DNA of 64,000 bases, from positions 6,380-70,379 of the forward strand of contig DASYLC010000160.1 of the NCBI GenBank assembly GCA_036009775.1. The letters run 5' to 3'. Origin of the DNA: Chitinophagaceae bacterium. Lineage in GTDB: Bacteria > Bacteroidota > Bacteroidia > Chitinophagales > Chitinophagaceae. Of the stretch, positions 60,288 through 64,000 are shown one piece after another. The notes below the pieces were generated by a model, which was not told where the DNA came from, did not search any database, and was given only the letters and a program-made list of their open reading frames with translations. Within the stretch, counting starts at the first letter, position 1; the number at the start of each line of letters is the position of its first letter. The translations under genes were made by a program, and so were the position numbers.

Positions 60288-60427
60288 CAGTGGAAATAGG
60301 CTGATAAACATAGTTCTCCCAGACAGTTGATTTCATTTTACCCGCCGATTTCATTCAAATAAACTCAAACTTTTTTCAGATTTCAAGACTGGTTACTGCG
60401 AGTTGTGACTAACATCAAGATTTTTAT

Positions 60428-62101
60428 ATGTATGACATTCTCCAATTGAACGATATGCTCGTTCCTGAACTGCTGGACATTGCCGAGCAGTTGAAAATAC
60501 CCAATGCAAAAAAATTAGCCAAACAGGACCTGGTATACAAGATCCTCGACAGCCAGGCTATTGCCGGTTCCAAGGGCGCCAAACCCAGCGAGGACGGTAA
60601 ACGCAAACGTATCATCAAGACCAGTACCAGCATCAGCAGTGAAGAAGCCGAGGTAGAAAGTGGTGATGAAGAAAAAACAATTATTAAAAAACCCAATATG
60701 CCTGTAAAAAAAGACGACAAAACTCCCATTAAAAGAGCCCGGAAAAAACCAGAAGAAAAAGAAACGGTCGTTGAAGCACCTGCGGATAAACAACCTACCG
60801 GGGAACAACCCGGTAATGGCAATAGCAATGGTAATGGTAACACGAATAAGATCGATGAAAACGCCCTGGCACAAGCCATTCTGAACGAAGGCAACCAGCA
60901 GTCAGCAGAGAACCCTTCGGGTGCAGGTCAGAATAAATTCTATCCTGCCCGCCGAGAACAACAGAACCAGAATTTCAATGTGGAATTTGATGGAGTGATA
61001 CTGGGTGAAGGCGTACTGGAAATGATGCCCGATGGTTATGGTTTTCTCCGTTCTTCCGATTATAACTACCTGTCGTCACCCGATGATGTATATGTTTCTC
61101 CCTCCCAGATCAAATTGTTCGGTTTGAAAACAGGAGATACTGTTCATGGAGCGGTTCGCCCTCCCAAAGAAGGTGAAAAATATTTCGCCTTATTAAAAGT
61201 AGATACGATCAACGGCAAAAGCCCGGAAGAAGTAAGGGACCGTGTGCCTTTTGATTACCTGACACCCTTATTCCCTTTTGAGAAATTAAATCTCTTTACT
61301 ACTCCTTCCGATTATTCCACCCGTATCATGGACCTGTTCACACCGATCGGTAAAGGACAACGGGGATTGATCGTAGCGCAACCCAAAACGGGTAAGACCA
61401 TGTTGCTGAAAGCCGTGGCCAACGCCATTGCTGCCAATCACCCGGAATGTTACCTGATGGTAGTGCTGGTGGATGAGCGTCCGGAAGAGGTGACCGATAT
61501 GGAAAGAAGTATCAAAGGAGAGGTGATCGCTTCTACATTTGATGAACCGGCTGAAAAACACGTAAAGGTTTCTACGATCGCACTGCAAAAAGCAAAACGC
61601 CTGGTAGAGTGCGGTCACGATGTGGTGATACTATTGGACTCTATCACCCGCCTGGCCCGTGCACACAATACAGTAGCTCCTTCAAGTGGTAAAGTTTTAT
61701 CGGGTGGTGTGGAAGCTAATGCAATGCAAAAGCCAAAACAGTTTTTTGGTGCAGCCCGTAAAATAGAACATGGTGGTTCCCTGACGATTATTGCTACAGC
61801 CCTTGTTGATACCGGCAGTAAGATGGATGAGGTGATCTTCGAGGAGTTCAAAGGAACCGGTAACATGGAATTGCAGCTGGATCGTCGTTTGGCCAACAAA
61901 CGTGTCTATCCTGCTATCGACCTTGTTGCTTCTTCTACAAGACGTGATGACCTCCTGCTTGACAGGGATGTATTACAAAGGATGAACCTGCTTCGTGTTT
62001 TCCTGACAGATATGAATGCGGAAGAAGCGATGCGTGAGCTGCAGAACAGGATGAAGGGAACAAAGAGCAATGAAGAGTTCCTGGCGAGTATGAACCGGTA
62101 G
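60428..62101 (+). CDS. rho: Transcription termination factor Rho with N-terminal low-complexity insertion
   Basis: [47 protein letters not shown]. Confidence 0.97.
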   Translation: MYDILQLNDMLVPELLDIAEQLKIPNAKKLAKQDLVYKILDSQAIAGSKGAKPSEDGKRKRIIKTSTSISSEEAEVESGDEEKTIIKKPNMPVKKDDKTPIKRARKKPEEKETVVEAPADKQPTGEQPGNGNSNGNGNTNKIDENALAQAILNEGNQQSAENPSGAGQNKFYPARREQQNQNFNVEFDGVILGEGVLEMMPDGYGFLRSSDYNYLSSPDDVYVSPSQIKLFGLKTGDTVHGAVRPPKEGEKYFALLKVDTINGKSPEEVRDRVPFDYLTPLFPFEKLNLFTTPSDYSTRIMDLFTPIGKGQRGLIVAQPKTGKTMLLKAVANAIAANHPECYLMVVLVDERPEEVTDMERSIKGEVIASTFDEPAEKHVKVSTIALQKAKRLVECGHDVVILLDSITRLARAHNTVAPSSGKVLSGGVEANAMQKPKQFFGAARKIEHGGSLTIIATALVDTGSKMDEVIFEEFKGTGNMELQLDRRLANKRVYPAIDLVASSTRRDDLLLDRDVLQRMNLLRVFLTDMNAEEAMRELQNRMKGTKSNEEFLASMNR

Positions 62102-62145
62102 TAGGATTTGAAAATTTGAAAATATCTTAATTTGAAGATGAATAC

Positions 62146-62177
62146 AAGCCGTTCCACAAGAATGGCTTTTTTCTTTT
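62146..62177 (+). terminator. Intrinsic terminator after rho
   Basis: AAGCCGTTC-CACAA-GAATGGCTT followed by TTTTCTTTT. Confidence 0.7.
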
Positions 62178-62196
62178 GCACGGCAAAAACCTTTTA

Positions 62197-63348
62197 ATGG
62201 CTGTTGAAAGAATTCCTATCGAACGATTCATGGCGCTGGCCAAACATCATCCCGTGATCGATGTCCGTAGCCCTGCAGAATACAAACATGCACATATCCC
62301 AGGCGCTCATTCATTGCCCTTGTTTAGCGATGAAGAAAGAAAGATCGTCGGCACGGCCTACAAACAACAAAGCCGCGAAGCCGCCATAAAATTGGGTCTT
62401 GATCTTTTCGGACCGAAGATGAAGAAGATGGTGGAAGACGCGGAGAGTATGATTGGCAATAAGCAATTGACAATAGGCAATAGACAACAGGCAATAAGCA
62501 ATCCTGCAAATCCAGGCTCTTCACTCACGGCTCACGACTCACGTTCGATTTTCATCTACTGCTGGCGCGGTGGCATGCGCAGCGGTGCTGTTTCCTGGTT
62601 GCTCGACCTCTACGGATTTAAAGTGTATACACTGGTTGGTGGTTATAAAAAATTCAGGAACTACACACTCGACACATTCAAACTGCCATTTCAATTCAAT
62701 ATTCTCGGTGGTTATACAGGCTCGGGAAAAACAGGATTGATAAAAGCATTAAAAGAAAAAGGGGAACGGGTTATTGATCTCGAAGCGATCGCTGTTCACA
62801 AAGGATCTGCGTTCGGTAATATCGGCCTGCCTCCGCAACCCGGCCAGGAAATGTTCGAGAATCTATTGGCCGGGGAGTTGCGCTCCTACTTGCCACTCGC
62901 TAAACCCAACTTGCCGATCTGGCTCGAAGACGAATCCCAGCGGATCGGCCTGGTCAATATTCCCCCCGAACTCTGGAAAAATATGCGGCAATCTCCCGTC
63001 TGGTTCCTTGATATTCCCTTTGAGGAACGGCTGAAAAATATTGTACAGGAATACGGCCCGTTGGACCCCGAAAGAGTAGTGGATGCAATTGGCCGGATTT
63101 CTGAGAAACTGGGCCATTTGAACGCAAAAACAGCCATTTTACTGCTAAAAGAGGGCAAAATCGCCGAAAGTTTCGATATTTTACTCAGGTACTATGACAA
63201 GTTTTATTTCAAGGCTTTACACAATCGGGAAGCCGTAAATTCGTTATTGTATACGATCGAGTGTAAATCCATAACCCCTGAAAATGCCGACCAACTCATT
63301 GCTCAATGCCAGTCAAAAGCTGCCCGCTTTCAGCCCGAAAAAATATAG
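62197..63348 (+). CDS. mnmH: tRNA 2-selenouridine synthase (SelU/MnmH)
   Basis: Rhodanese DVRSPAEY..AHIPGA, CWRGGMRS; P-loop GYTGSGKT; HKGSAFG; EDES..IG. Confidence 0.92.
   Translation: MAVERIPIERFMALAKHHPVIDVRSPAEYKHAHIPGAHSLPLFSDEERKIVGTAYKQQSREAAIKLGLDLFGPKMKKMVEDAESMIGNKQLTIGNRQQAISNPANPGSSLTAHDSRSIFIYCWRGGMRSGAVSWLLDLYGFKVYTLVGGYKKFRNYTLDTFKLPFQFNILGGYTGSGKTGLIKALKEKGERVIDLEAIAVHKGSAFGNIGLPPQPGQEMFENLLAGELRSYLPLAKPNLPIWLEDESQRIGLVNIPPELWKNMRQSPVWFLDIPFEERLKNIVQEYGPLDPERVVDAIGRISEKLGHLNAKTAILLLKEGKIAESFDILLRYYDKFYFKALHNREAVNSLLYTIECKSITPENADQLIAQCQSKAARFQPEKI
62453..62544 (+). repeat. In-frame heptamer tandem repeats inside mnmH
   Basis: TTGGCAA TAAGCAA TTGACAA TAGGCAA TAGACAA CAGGCAA TAAGCAA (62453-62501), then CTCTTCA CTCACGG CTCACGA CTCACGT (62517-62544). 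Confidence 0.8.
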
Positions 63349-64000
63349 ACTGGTAATCCTCTTCCTGCTTTCTCCCTTATTCTTTTTTGGCCAGACATTG
63401 ACCGGGCTCTGGACAGGAGCTTTAAGCAACGACAGCAATACGATAAGAAAAGATCAATCCTTTGAAATTGCACTGACCGAATATCGCGGCAAAGTATATG
63501 GTTATTCCCGCAGTGAGTTCATCGTTGATGATACACTCTACTATGTCGTTAAAAGAGTAAAAGGGACCATTGACGGAGATCTTTGTGAGGTAACTGATGA
63601 CGAGATCGTTGCTTATAACTTCCGCGGGAAACTGGATAAAGGAATTAAAGTGACCAGTATATTCAGGAGGAATCAAAATGACAGTACCTGGTATTTAGAC
63701 GGAACCTGGAAAACTAATGCCACCAAAAAATACTATGCCGTTACCGGTAAAGTAAATCTCGAAGAAGAAAAAGATCTTACGGCTTCCAAAATATTTCCGC
63801 ACCTCGAAGAACTGAAGCTCGCTGATGATGTAGCTTTTTACAAAGATCGGAAAGAAGGAACACCGGTAGTTAAATTGGTAAAACCTGAAAAAATAATTGC
63901 TCCTTATTCCGCAAAGCCCGGGGAATTGTCTATCAACAGCGACGCGACGGTGAGTGCATCAAAACCAGATCTCGGCAGGGCAGAAGCTAAACCGGTTCCG
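63284..64000 (+). CDS. Secreted hypothetical protein (partial; runs off window)
   Basis: Not in the ORF track. Open frame ...YRLVILFLLSPLFFFGQTLTGLWTGALSND..FEIALTEYRGKVYGYS..YYVVKRVKG; start codon uncertain. Confidence 0.7.
   Translation, partial: MPTNSLLNASQKLPAFSPKKYRLVILFLLSPLFFFGQTLTGLWTGALSNDSNTIRKDQSFEIALTEYRGKVYGYSRSEFIVDDTLYYVVKRVKGTIDGDLCEVTDDEIVAYNFRGKLDKGIKVTSIFRRNQNDSTWYLDGTWKTNATKKYYAVTGKVNLEEEKDLTASKIFPHLEELKLADDVAFYKDRKEGTPVVKLVKPEKIIAPYSAKPGELSINSDATVSASKPDLGRAEAKPVP

Noticed and set aside
1-64000. tRNA, rRNA, prophage, integrase or selenocysteine-recoded genes
   Set aside because: None recognised by eye. Recognised CDSs look full-length without needing TGA read-through. 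tRNAscan-SE and Infernal would be needed to exclude small RNAs.

Overview
Chromosomal segment from a Bacteroidota bacterium, most likely Chitinophagaceae. This rests on TAnnTTTG -7 promoter boxes, AT-rich leaders without Shine-Dalgarno sequences, a GLPGLI protein, padR-pspC, futalosine-pathway mqnC and a Rho with an N-terminal insertion. It holds about 50 CDSs. Housekeeping genes include an E1 dehydrogenase (partial), an M16 peptidase pair, mqnC, nagA, gcvT, comB, asnS, rho, mnmH and a SWIM-SNF2 helicase. These are interleaved with envelope and accessory modules. I saw no rRNA, tRNA, CRISPR array, transposase, integrase or phage gene. The most notable signals are non-coding. (1) A 39-bp TTAAC-repeat operator occurs twice, 17 kb apart, each time exactly 20 nt upstream of a -7 box; it links an OmpR-family two-component system and a GLPGLI gene to a distant outer-membrane barrel gene, while the barrel's paralog carries a LytTR-type repeat instead. 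(2) A minimal KdpD/KdpE pair with four phased TTTATA boxes heads a Kup + porin operon instead of kdpFABC. (3) There is a GacI/GacJ/GacL-like glycosylation cassette with two methyltransferases. (4) Heptamer repeats are inserted in frame in mnmH and recur in the SNF2 5' UTR. (5) padR-pspC has a structured 5' UTR and a palindromic operator. (6) A Crp/Fnr pseudogene lies between two palindromic repeat elements. All family assignments come from motif recognition by eye; no database search was run.
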